A stretch of 64,000 nt of DNA, taken from Thermodesulfobacteriota bacterium. GTDB taxonomy: Bacteria > Desulfobacterota > Desulfarculia > JACQYL01. Position numbers and translations under genes: made by a program. Positions 9,203 through 18,521 of this stretch are shown here, piece after piece. Positions within the stretch are counted from its first letter, which is position 1. Each line of letters begins with the position of its first letter. The notes beneath the pieces are model-generated. The model saw only the letters and a list, made by a program, of their open reading frames with translations. It was not told where the DNA came from and made no database searches. The stretch lies in the NCBI GenBank assembly GCA_963675595.2, contig CAXXLZ010000002.1:2752001-2816000 (forward strand), given 5' to 3'.

Positions 9203-10762
9203 TCACGGCTTAAGCAACTTTTCTATATCCAGTCGATCTTGAAAGCGTTTGATGCGCACTTCCGTCGTATCGATAACGGCCACTGCAGGTTTCTCCCGCT
9301 CCAAGTGTACGCGCCACGAATCATGGCCGGAAGGCGGCAGCCCCACCAGAGCCCAATCCTCTCCCGCCGCAGCCACGTGGGAGAAATCGAAAGCCCGCGT
9401 ACTGAGTACCTGCAAATCACTCTCCTCCAATCGGTTGCCGCAGGCAAGCAAAAGATCCGATCCGAGCTTGGAAAAGACGCAGGAGACTTCCGGCTGAAGA
9501 GCCTCATCCACGGAGGCAATTCCCACCCGGGCCGTACCGATGTCCACCAGGGATGTGAGGTCGTCTTCCTCGTGACGACTCGCATCCCAAGGGCAGTGGG
9601 TGTCTCGACGCTTCCGAGCCGAGCCGCCCGGGCGAACCACGAACAGAAGCCTGGTCGCGTGTTCGTTGCTCCCGATGTCGGCGCCCCACGCCAACGCCAG
9701 ATTGAACCGGTACGCCAGTCCCTCCATGTGCTCCATCCAGAAGTCGGCATCGGATTCCGCCTCTACGCAAAACAGAGGGCAAGGCAACACGGCTGTTCCC
9801 ACTTCGGACGGCAAAGAGGAGAGCCTCTTTTCCACCAGTTCGACGGCCTCCCCGGGCGTTCCGCATGTCGGCACGGGAATCGCCGCGACCGTTAAGGGAC
9901 CCGGTTGAGGAAGCTCATAGAAGGAAGTCAGGTCCCTCACCGACCTTAGGTCCAGATATATGGAGTGATAAAGGTCCGGACGGCGCATCTTCTTGAGCGG
10001 AGCCGCTCCGCGAGGCCGGATATTCCCTTTGTGCAGAGGCAGAGAGGCCATGAAGATTCGAGTCTCCGGGTCCGTTTCCTCGACCATTACCTCTCCCCAC
10101 GGCGCATAGATGCCGGAATGGGACAGTCGAGCATCGAGTTGGTCTTCGAAGCCGCCCCGATTGCAGATGGCCAAGTACACTCGGTTTTCCCTGGCCCGTG
10201 CGCGCCAGATTCGACGCGGATCCAAGCCTGTTGTGGGCCAGTTGGCCGGAACCAACACCAGATCCGCACCGCGCACGGCCGTCACTCTGGGAATCAGGCT
10301 GTGATAGGCATCCGAACAGATCAGCAAACCGATGCGCCCCCACGGAGTGGACAATATGTTTTTCTGCTTCACCGCTCCAGGACAGGCCCAACGAATTTCC
10401 GTGTTGATCTTCCGATACCGGAGAGCCGTTTTACCCTCCGGGTCCAACAAGACCGCCGAATTGTAGTAGATTCCGTTACGGGAGGTGACTTCAGGAAGCC
10501 CGACGGCGATATAAACACCTAGCCTCCGGGCCGTTTCGGCAAAAGCTCCCGTGGTGGGGCCGGGGACTTCTTCCACGAACGGTGCGACTTCTTTCCGGCT
10601 CTTAAAAGTATACCCGGTGGTAGCCAATTCCGTGTTCACGATGATATTCGCACCCGCCGAAGCCGCCTCTTCGTTCAATCGCAAAAGGGTCCGAATGTTT
10701 TCTTCGGGCTTTCGATGTTCGGGAGCAAAATGGACGAGCGCAATCTTCAGAAAATCAGCCAT
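9203..10762 (-). CDS. Carbon-nitrogen hydrolase (nitrilase family) with a long C-terminal extension
   Basis: E-K-C triad: NTELATTGY, YRKIN, LICSD; C-terminal half looks like a degenerate second domain. Confidence 0.85.
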   Translation of the reverse strand: MADFLKIALVHFAPEHRKPEENIRTLLRLNEEAASAGANIIVNTELATTGYTFKSRKEVAPFVEEVPGPTTGAFAETARRLGVYIAVGLPEVTSRNGIYYNSAVLLDPEGKTALRYRKINTEIRWACPGAVKQKNILSTPWGRIGLLICSDAYHSLIPRVTAVRGADLVLVPANWPTTGLDPRRIWRARARENRVYLAICNRGGFEDQLDARLSHSGIYAPWGEVMVEETDPETRIFMASLPLHKGNIRPRGAAPLKKMRRPDLYHSIYLDLRSVRDLTSFYELPQPGPLTVAAIPVPTCGTPGEAVELVEKRLSSLPSEVGTAVLPCPLFCVEAESDADFWMEHMEGLAYRFNLALAWGADIGSNEHATRLLFVVRPGGSARKRRDTHCPWDASRHEEDDLTSLVDIGTARVGIASVDEALQPEVSCVFSKLGSDLLLACGNRLEESDLQVLSTRAFDFSHVAAAGEDWALVGLPPSGHDSWRVHLEREKPAVAVIDTTEVRIKRFQDRLDIEKLLKP

Positions 10763-10969
10763 GGCAATCGAGGTGGAAAGCGAAACATTCGACGGCACCA
10801 AACAGTGTCGCCAAAGCGCGTGAAGGTTGGGTTTTGATTACGACCGACAGCGGACGCGAGTCGCAATGGTCACACGATTTCACGAATCACCGAGCGAAAA
10901 AAACAAGGCGTCTTCCAGGCGGGAATCCTCGATCGACCCGTCGCGAATTTATCCCGGACTCGGCGGACG

Positions 10970-11773
10970 TCACGACGCACCGGAAAGTCCGAAAAACCCG
11001 GCGGCGTTCTCGTACCCGAGGCGGGTCTTCCATTCTGCCGGAGTCTCGGGGTCTCTGAGAAACCGGACCTCGTCCTCGTGGAATTTCCCATTGGAATCCG
11101 TGTTGAGCATAAGCCGGTGCAAGGCTTGGGGATGCGCCCGCAGCATCTCGTGGACATCAGAAGGACGACATTTGATGCCCGATAGGGTGACCCCGGCCCA
11201 GTAGCCTCGTTCAAGAACCGATCCCAGGGTCTCGGGGACCAAATGGTCCACCACGATGCGCTCCGGATCCAAACCGGAACGATCCAGGATACCCAGAATC
11301 TCACCGGTAATCCGAGGCTTTTCTTTTCGAGGGGTATGCACACAGATACTAAGTCGGTCCCGTGGTGCGGCCGCATCCAAATGAGTCTGAAAAACAAGAC
11401 GCTCCAATTCGTCGCCCGTTTCCAGACCGATTTCTCCAACACCCAGGAAAAAGGGATCCTCAGCGGATTTCGTGAACAATTCCTCCAGAAAACGACGCAA
11501 GTTCTCCTCGCCGAAAGGCTCCGATGGAATGCAACGAGGGTGGATTCCCTCCACGTGATAGGCATGGAGGCCCTGAGCCCTCAGGTCCCTTACCAGGGCC
11601 GCATGCGCGTCGACGTAAGAGCCCGCTTCTTCCAGGGTGGTCGCCCCCTCACAGAACGCCCAGGAAACCACCGATACACCGTGTGATTTCAGCCATTGCG
11701 CCCGTTCGGGCCGACTCTCTACAATAAAATCAAGGTGAGCGTGGGAGTCGATAATGGGAGGCTCAGCGATCAC
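10970..11773 (-). CDS. TatD-family metallohydrolase
   Basis: IIDSHAHLD, GIHP, VGEIGLE, VHTPR, VVDH, LNTD. Confidence 0.85.
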   Translation of the reverse strand: MIAEPPIIDSHAHLDFIVESRPERAQWLKSHGVSVVSWAFCEGATTLEEAGSYVDAHAALVRDLRAQGLHAYHVEGIHPRCIPSEPFGEENLRRFLEELFTKSAEDPFFLGVGEIGLETGDELERLVFQTHLDAAAPRDRLSICVHTPRKEKPRITGEILGILDRSGLDPERIVVDHLVPETLGSVLERGYWAGVTLSGIKCRPSDVHEMLRAHPQALHRLMLNTDSNGKFHEDEVRFLRDPETPAEWKTRLGYENAAGFFGLSGAS

Positions 11774-14700
11774 TTGCGGCCCCCAAAGATTTCTCCGCCC
11801 TTAGGGCCTCAAGCGAAGCCTTTCCGTGAGCTCCGATGCTTTTAAGTGGGACTCCGCCCATGGAGGCGTCGGAATCATCGGACGAACCCGAGGCCAGGTC
11901 GATCAGTTCATCCACAGGGAAGTCGGCCAAGGTGCTCTCGCCATTGCCGATCACCACACGTTCGGGAAGGGAGGAGATGGGATAGAAGCCGAAAGCTTCT
12001 CCCTCATCGTCTATGTATCCGTTTCCGTTTCGATCCGTGCCCGCGGCCACGATGTAATTGCCCGCGGCGAGATGGGTCATGGCATAAGCGTAGTCCCCCG
12101 CCTTAAATACGAGGGCGACCTTCTGAGTGCTCAGGGTCAGAGGATCCACCGCCAGCACGTAAACCGGGCCCACATCGCCTCGACTCTCAGAGACCACGTC
12201 CTGCTTCTCCATGAGCACGGGGGCCTCCACGCTGCCGGAGGCCGGGGACTGCGCGGTGACGACGATCTTACCGCTGTAGGAACCGTCTTCAACAAGGGAT
12301 CTGTCCACCATGACCACGATTTCGGCGTCTTCGGCATCGGAAGTACCCACGCGCCCCTGGGTCTTGTCCACGGAAAGCCACGCATCCCCGTCCACGGTCA
12401 CCGTGAAATCGAACTCCCCGGAGGGATCGGTTCCTCCCACGTTGAGGACGGTGAGCACCAGCGCGGTTTTTTCCGTGCCGAAATTCAGGCTGGCGGGGTT
12501 CAAATCGGGAACGGGCACGCCCGACGAACCTGAGCCCGAGGCAAACTGCACGGCTGAAGACGCATCGATCAGGCCGTAGCCGAAGGTGGTGTCGTGCCCG
12601 GTCGAACCAAGGTCTTGGGTCAAGTATCCTTGGGCCAACCAGGTGTCGAATTGCTGAGGTGTAAATTTGTTCCCGGCGTGATCGGACATATAGGCCGCCT
12701 GCATGAGCGCGACCACGCCCGCGACGTGAGGGGTTGCCATGGAGGTACCTTGATACCGGCCGTAGGTGTAACCGATGGTCCCCTGGGAATCGTCTCCCAG
12801 GGTGGACAATACACCGTCGCTGAAACCGTCTCCGTTAAGGTCCGCGGAAGTATCGCCTCCCGGAGCGGCCACGTCCACCACCTGCCCATAATTGCTGTAA
12901 TATGCCTTCTTTTTGTCCAGATCCACCGCGGACACGGCGACGACTCCATCAACATTTGCGGGGACATATCCGCCGGCGTCGGCATTGTTGTTTCCAGCCG
13001 CGGCCACGACGACCACGCCGGCGCCACGTAGATCGTCGACCCCGCTCTGAAGCAGGTTGGAAGTCCCCGCACCGCCCAGGCTCATGTTGACCACGTCGGC
13101 CCGACGAGACGGAAGGGTTCCTGAATCGTTGGAAAGCCTCGCCGCGTAACGCATGGCCTGATAGATATCGTAGATGGTGCCTCCCTCGATACCCAGAACC
13201 CGAAGGTTCATGATCATACAGGAGTGGTCCACGCCGGCGACTCCGACTCCGTTGTCCGACGCGGCGCCCACGGTACCCGCCACATGGGTTCCATGGAACG
13301 AGGAAACACCGCTCGCGGCGTCTCCCGGGTCCGTGGGATCCGGGTCGATCCCGTCCCCGTCCCCTGCCGATCCGACGTTGCTGATGAAATCATACCCGGG
13401 CATGAACCGGGAAGAATCGAAGTCGGGGTGTTCCATCAGGATGCCCGTGTCCAGAACGGCCACCACGACTTCCCCGCTGCCGCGCGTCACGTTCCATGCC
13501 AGGGGAAGATTGACCAGGGGGTAATGCCATTGGTAGGTGTAATAGGGATCGTCGGGAAGGAATGACGGTCTGAGGATGTAGTTCGGTTCGGCCCACAGCA
13601 CATCGGATCGCGCTTTGAGCGCCTCGATTCTCTCGATGGTTTTCTCCCGGGACCGCTTCTTTCCCTCTTCCGCCAATGCGCTCACTCCCTCGGTTTCCAT
13701 GCCCGAAAACCGCACTAACGAGGGGCGTTGATCGACGTTCCCATGCGGGAGCAGGATGTCGGAAGTCGACTCCAAATTCAATGTCGTGGCGCCCTGCCGG
13801 AATCGCACAACCGCTTCGCCGGGCACGAATTCGGCTTCATCCGGAATGCTCTCGGAGCCTCCCACCGTTGCGGTCTGCCCCACGATGAGTGTGTAATTGG
13901 AGGACGCCCCGAAAAACCCCTGAATCGGTTCCACCCAGATGTAGGCCTCTCCGGTTTGGGTAGTGGTGGAAACTTGTTTGACTTTGTCGGATCCCGTGCT
14001 CGGAGAAACGATTTCGGATCCGCTCTCGTCCAACAAATGCAGATCCAACCTAAGATTGTCCGGGTCGGCGGTCACCAAAGCAACATACACCGGCCGGCCG
14101 GTGAGCTGAATTCGATAATAATCCTCATCGTAATTGAAGGGGCCGTACCGATTGGACCATCCGCCCACCGTGGCGGGCACGGAGATTTCCTGCGCCGTGG
14201 AGAGAGAATCGTTATCCCCTTGTTGATAGGGATCATTGGTATCCCAATCCGTATAAGCATCGGAGGCCATCGTCAGTTCACCCACCAAGTCCCCGTCGGC
14301 GGGCTCGACGGTGCTTCCGGGCGCCGTGAAAACGCGGTGCAGCTCCCCTTCACCCGAGGCGGAGCTTCCGGTTACCGGAAGGTCCCATGCGGCGGAGATT
14401 CCCAAAGGGTCAAGAGAATACTCCATCGACAGAATCCCGCCTTCTCCTGTGAGATCCTCTGCGTAAAACCCGTCCGAAACGGATGAATCCAAGAAAGCGA
14501 AAGTGGTATTGCACGAAGTCTCCCGCAGGACCACCAGACCCGAACCCGTATCGTAGTGTTGTACGTACAGGTTGACGTGGATGTCGTCGCCCGACTGCCC
14601 GTCTTTCCAGAGACCGCCGAATCCGGGAGCTTCGGGAACATCGAACCATTTGTAGATGGAGGAGTCCTCCACCGGGTTTCCCTGCACTGAAAGGGACGCG

Positions 14701-15044
14701 GCAGCCTCCTCCTGATCGAAGAACACCACGGTAAGATGATGACCGTTTCCGTCCACATCCTCCACATCGATGCCGTCGGAGTAGTCCTCGTCCAGAAAAA
14801 CGTAGAATTCTTCAAGGTTGGTGGTGGCTACGACAATGGCCGAGCCTTCTTCATAGGTCTGAATGAAGTAGTTTATGGATGGGGAGGCAGAGCCGGGTCG
14901 GACGTCTTTCCAAATTCCATCGAAAGCGGCCTGCACGGGCCCAATGAAAAACAGGAATAGAAAAAGAATGACGGATGAAGTAAACCAGCGAATCCGCGTT
15001 CCGTGTTCCATGGCCTGTGTCCTCCCAACCGCCTGCAAACCCAT
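11763..15044 (-). CDS. Secreted S8 (subtilisin-like) serine protease with tandem DGxWKD N-terminal domains and accessory beta-sandwich domains
   Basis: Triad VLDTG / HGTHVAGT / GTSMATPHVAG, oxyanion AAGNN; signal peptide ending VQA. Confidence 0.93.
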   Translation of the reverse strand: MGLQAVGRTQAMEHGTRIRWFTSSVILFLFLFFIGPVQAAFDGIWKDVRPGSASPSINYFIQTYEEGSAIVVATTNLEEFYVFLDEDYSDGIDVEDVDGNGHHLTVVFFDQEEAAASLSVQGNPVEDSSIYKWFDVPEAPGFGGLWKDGQSGDDIHVNLYVQHYDTGSGLVVLRETSCNTTFAFLDSSVSDGFYAEDLTGEGGILSMEYSLDPLGISAAWDLPVTGSSASGEGELHRVFTAPGSTVEPADGDLVGELTMASDAYTDWDTNDPYQQGDNDSLSTAQEISVPATVGGWSNRYGPFNYDEDYYRIQLTGRPVYVALVTADPDNLRLDLHLLDESGSEIVSPSTGSDKVKQVSTTTQTGEAYIWVEPIQGFFGASSNYTLIVGQTATVGGSESIPDEAEFVPGEAVVRFRQGATTLNLESTSDILLPHGNVDQRPSLVRFSGMETEGVSALAEEGKKRSREKTIERIEALKARSDVLWAEPNYILRPSFLPDDPYYTYQWHYPLVNLPLAWNVTRGSGEVVVAVLDTGILMEHPDFDSSRFMPGYDFISNVGSAGDGDGIDPDPTDPGDAASGVSSFHGTHVAGTVGAASDNGVGVAGVDHSCMIMNLRVLGIEGGTIYDIYQAMRYAARLSNDSGTLPSRRADVVNMSLGGAGTSNLLQSGVDDLRGAGVVVVAAAGNNNADAGGYVPANVDGVVAVSAVDLDKKKAYYSNYGQVVDVAAPGGDTSADLNGDGFSDGVLSTLGDDSQGTIGYTYGRYQGTSMATPHVAGVVALMQAAYMSDHAGNKFTPQQFDTWLAQGYLTQDLGSTGHDTTFGYGLIDASSAVQFASGSGSSGVPVPDLNPASLNFGTEKTALVLTVLNVGGTDPSGEFDFTVTVDGDAWLSVDKTQGRVGTSDAEDAEIVVMVDRSLVEDGSYSGKIVVTAQSPASGSVEAPVLMEKQDVVSESRGDVGPVYVLAVDPLTLSTQKVALVFKAGDYAYAMTHLAAGNYIVAAGTDRNGNGYIDDEGEAFGFYPISSLPERVVIGNGESTLADFPVDELIDLASGSSDDSDASMGGVPLKSIGAHGKASLEALRAEKSLGAASDR

Positions 15045-15047
15045 GCC

Positions 15048-15815
15048 TTAGAAGCTGACGGTAATACCCGCGAACGGGCCCGCCAAGTCGTAGTCCTGAT
15101 CGAGTCCGTCGGATTCCAGATCAACACTCAAGAAGCGATATCCGAGCCCCAAATCCATAAAGGCAAAAGGAGTTAGAGAGACTTCCGCTATGGCGTCCAC
15201 CAAGTGTTCATCCGAAGCCCAGTATCCCCCTCCTTTCAGGCGAACCTCAAGAACATCCGCTAGAAATCCGAGGTGAAGCTGCAATCCTCCGAGGGGACGA
15301 ATCCAGGAGAAGTCGATGTCTCCTTTTTGGCTCCCGCTCTCTATGCTCATGTTTCCCGTTTGGTATCTTCCGGCCAGAAAGACGTCCAGAGAAAATCCCG
15401 CGAGTATGTTTTCGAGGTCGAGTAGGGTAAAGGAGTATTCCATCTCCAACATGGTCCACTGGAGATTGGAATCCAATTGAGCATCCGAGGCAAAAGACTC
15501 CCCCGCGAACTGCAGGGATTTACCGGGCCTGTGCGTTTCCGATTGATCGAAGTAAGTGATGCCGAAGGAAAAATGATGCCGACCGATTCCAACGAAGGCC
15601 TCACCGAAAGGGACCCAGGAATATCCGAAATCCAGGTCGTCCTGAAGGTTGAGCACGGAACCCGTATCGCCGTTATTGCCTTGAATTTGCCCGTCGACAT
15701 TGGCGAGCCACAAATGGCCTCTGACTCCCACGTCGAAAGCGTGACTTGTGGATGTCAAAACGAAGAGACACATCCCGATAGTACAAACCCAACGCAACAT
15801 TTCCACTCTTCTCAT
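15048..15815 (-). CDS. Outer-membrane beta-barrel protein (TIGR04219-like)
   Basis: Signal peptide ending SHA, amphipathic strands, LGYR motif, C-terminal GPFAGITVSF. Confidence 0.8.
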   Translation of the reverse strand: MRRVEMLRWVCTIGMCLFVLTSTSHAFDVGVRGHLWLANVDGQIQGNNGDTGSVLNLQDDLDFGYSWVPFGEAFVGIGRHHFSFGITYFDQSETHRPGKSLQFAGESFASDAQLDSNLQWTMLEMEYSFTLLDLENILAGFSLDVFLAGRYQTGNMSIESGSQKGDIDFSWIRPLGGLQLHLGFLADVLEVRLKGGGYWASDEHLVDAIAEVSLTPFAFMDLGLGYRFLSVDLESDGLDQDYDLAGPFAGITVSF

Positions 15816-16098
15816 AGAACCCCCTTATCGACGGTTGGTGCCGAGTTCCTCCTCCTATTGCTTCTATACCACATCCTGCGAACGTTTTCATAGGGGGATC
15901 CCGGACGACGGACAGTCGGAAGGGCTGTTGCCTGATGACAATTATCCCCAATCTATGTTACCGGAGAAAGAGGATAATAATTAAGAATGATTAAAGCGGT
16001 CATCGTTCCGGAAAGGCGATCTCCGGCTCCGGAGCCTAACGACCTTCAACTCAATAAATCTTTATCCGGCCGCAGCATTCTTCAGTTGCGAAACGTAT

Positions 16099-17661
16099 GT
16101 GCAAACCCAAGGAGCCCCCGCACAGCCAATGCGTCATCCAATCCTTGGAACGGCCTTCGTTTGCCTTTGCCTCTCCCTGATTTTTTCCTGGCTACTCGGG
16201 TACCTGCTCGTTGTAGAAAGCGACCGATCGCTTCTGTTCAAGAAAGAGCTCCTATCGGAAAGCCGTTATCCTTTTGTCCCCGGACCCGAGATGGAAATGG
16301 AATTCAGATCCGGAAAGGCCGCTCTCGCCGCCGCTCTGCCGTATGCGGCGACTTTGGGGGTGGGCCTGCCGGCCCTGTTGCTCCCTTTGACCCTGCTGAT
16401 TCGGCGTCGCAACTTCGGAGGCAAATATGTCCCCGCTCTTTCGGTGTCCGCCCTCATGCTGCTCGGCTTCAATCTTGAGGGCTTCCGACCATGGGAGAGC
16501 TTATACGCCTTGGGCACGGGAGGCTGGCTCGCGCTTTGGATTTCCGGAAGATGCAATCCGCAAAGCGACTTCGGGCCGGACCGCACGGCGATTTTCGGAA
16601 TTACCGGAGCGGCCCTTCTCATCGTCTTCGTATGCTGCGGCACCGGAATCCGTGACTTCAAAGCGCTGAGGGATGCCGTGTTGTTGAGCAACGCACCGGG
16701 TACCACCCTGTGCGACCTGTATTATCATTACACCTTGGCGGCGGCCGAACCGTTGAAACCTCCTTGGGAGAAGACTCAGCCCATCGCTCTCTTGCAGACC
16801 AAGGGATTCACCGGCCCAATGATGGATATTGTTCTACGACAGGCGGAGGCGGAAGGCGTGATTCCGCTGAAGACGTCCGAGTCGGAGGTCCCGCCCGGAG
16901 TCGACTGGGTCGTTTCCACGCAAGGCGGAGAGCTCATGATCCGACGCGCACACGGCTGGAGCGGCCGTCACTTCCTTTTCCCCGCTCCGAGCATCAAGGA
17001 TCGTCGCCTGTTCAGCGATGAAAAGTCGCTCACCTCCTGGTTGGGCTTGAGGTCATGGCTCAAATTGAGCGTGACCGTAGGACTGCCGACGGCGATTCTC
17101 TGGTTGCTTTCCTTCATGCTCCGTAGATTCGTGGGTCGGACTACCCGATGGGCGGGGGCGAAGAGCCCCACCCCGGGAGATTTCCTGCTCATCATTTCAG
17201 GCCTCGGAGCCGCGGTCCTGTTCTATTTGAACCCGTTTCCGACCGACCCGGCGGAGCTGCTGCGCCGCGCGGAAAGTCAAGAAGGCTGGGCCCGAGTGCG
17301 CGCCTTGCGCGCCCTCGCCGAGCAAAATTCAGAGCCCCTCTCCGGAGACTTTCTCATCAGGTTTCTCACGAGTCACGACCCGCGACTTCGATATTGGGCT
17401 GCGATCGCCGTCATCGGAGGCGGGGGACCCGACCTGCGAAAGGCCTTGATTGAAAACCTCGACTCTCCCCAAGTTCATGTGGCCGCAGCCTCCGCATCCG
17501 CGCTTGCACGTTTCAAAGAACCTCCCTTCGTCGCCCTCGCATCGGCCTTTCATTCCCAGGCTCGTTGGTACCTCCGTGAAACGATTTATCGGATATTCCG
17601 GAAACACGACGGGAAACCTCCGCTTCTCTTCCTTTCTCCGTCTCAGGACGATTCCACATGA
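16099..17661 (+). CDS. Membrane protein with C-terminal HEAT-like repeats
   Basis: Multiple TM segments; RVRALRALA, DPRLRYWAAIA, VHVAAASASALA repeats. Confidence 0.7.
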   Translation: MQTQGAPAQPMRHPILGTAFVCLCLSLIFSWLLGYLLVVESDRSLLFKKELLSESRYPFVPGPEMEMEFRSGKAALAAALPYAATLGVGLPALLLPLTLLIRRRNFGGKYVPALSVSALMLLGFNLEGFRPWESLYALGTGGWLALWISGRCNPQSDFGPDRTAIFGITGAALLIVFVCCGTGIRDFKALRDAVLLSNAPGTTLCDLYYHYTLAAAEPLKPPWEKTQPIALLQTKGFTGPMMDIVLRQAEAEGVIPLKTSESEVPPGVDWVVSTQGGELMIRRAHGWSGRHFLFPAPSIKDRRLFSDEKSLTSWLGLRSWLKLSVTVGLPTAILWLLSFMLRRFVGRTTRWAGAKSPTPGDFLLIISGLGAAVLFYLNPFPTDPAELLRRAESQEGWARVRALRALAEQNSEPLSGDFLIRFLTSHDPRLRYWAAIAVIGGGGPDLRKALIENLDSPQVHVAAASASALARFKEPPFVALASAFHSQARWYLRETIYRIFRKHDGKPPLLFLSPSQDDST

Positions 17662-18362
17662 CAAACGAAGCGCCAAAACGGCAGAGGGGGGGCGGTTCGC
17701 TTGGATTGCCCGTCGCCCTGGGACTGCTTTCCGCTGCAGCGCTGATCGAGTGGTGTTGGTCTCGATGGGCCCCGACACTCCTTCCCACGATTTCGGCGAA
17801 CGCGATCCTCTCCACCGCCCTGGTACGGATCACGGATATTCTGCTGGTTGTGCTCTTCTTGAAAAGATCCGGCGGATCCTGGGAAACGGTGGGACTCGGA
17901 CGTAAGCCGGCCGCCGAAGGTTTGCGAACCGGGTTGATCTGGTGTGTGATCTTGGGGTTGGGCGCCCTTGGAATCGGCGCGGTATATGGGCTGGTATACG
18001 GAGCCCCTCCCCGCCTGTTTTCTCCGCTGCACCGACCCTGGTTCGTCCCCTCCCCGCTGGGATGGTGTTATCTTGCGACCACCGCCCTGCTGAGCCCCGC
18101 GGCGGAAGAACTGATCTTTCGCGGTGTTTTTTACAACGCGTTACGATCCAGGATGTCCGTCCCCTCGGCAATTCTCCTATCCGTTTCGATTTTCGCGGCG
18201 GCGCACGGTTCGGACTGGACGCGCATCCTTCCGGCCGCCGTTGGAGGTCTGATATTCAGCTTGGCCTTCGAGAAAACCCGAAGCCTGTGGACGCCGCTGC
18301 TCATCCACTCGGTGGGAAACACCGCCCTCTGGCTCTATGGGTGGATTACTTTAATGGAATGA
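17658..18362 (+). CDS. CPBP (CAAX/Abi) family intramembrane glutamic endopeptidase
   Basis: AEELIFRG, FAAAH, HSVGN motifs; ATGA overlap with upstream gene. Confidence 0.9.
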   Translation: MTNEAPKRQRGGGSLGLPVALGLLSAAALIEWCWSRWAPTLLPTISANAILSTALVRITDILLVVLFLKRSGGSWETVGLGRKPAAEGLRTGLIWCVILGLGALGIGAVYGLVYGAPPRLFSPLHRPWFVPSPLGWCYLATTALLSPAAEELIFRGVFYNALRSRMSVPSAILLSVSIFAAAHGSDWTRILPAAVGGLIFSLAFEKTRSLWTPLLIHSVGNTALWLYGWITLME

Positions 18363-18521
18363 GGCGCCGCAGGGTTCGCGTGAAATTCGAGTCTTAAGAG
18401 GAGGCCCCTCGGTGGGGTTTGAACCGCGGGGAGCGGAACGGTCCGGCGGCCCCGTCCCGGTTCGGCGTTGAAGGGGCGTCGCGGGCGGGAGTTCCCTTTC
18501 CCTGCGACGCCTCCGGCAGCA

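Noticed and set aside
10802-10969. Possible cobalamin riboswitch upstream of nitrilase-cobQ
   Set aside because: No B12-box or conserved GGGAA/ACTG core on the minus strand
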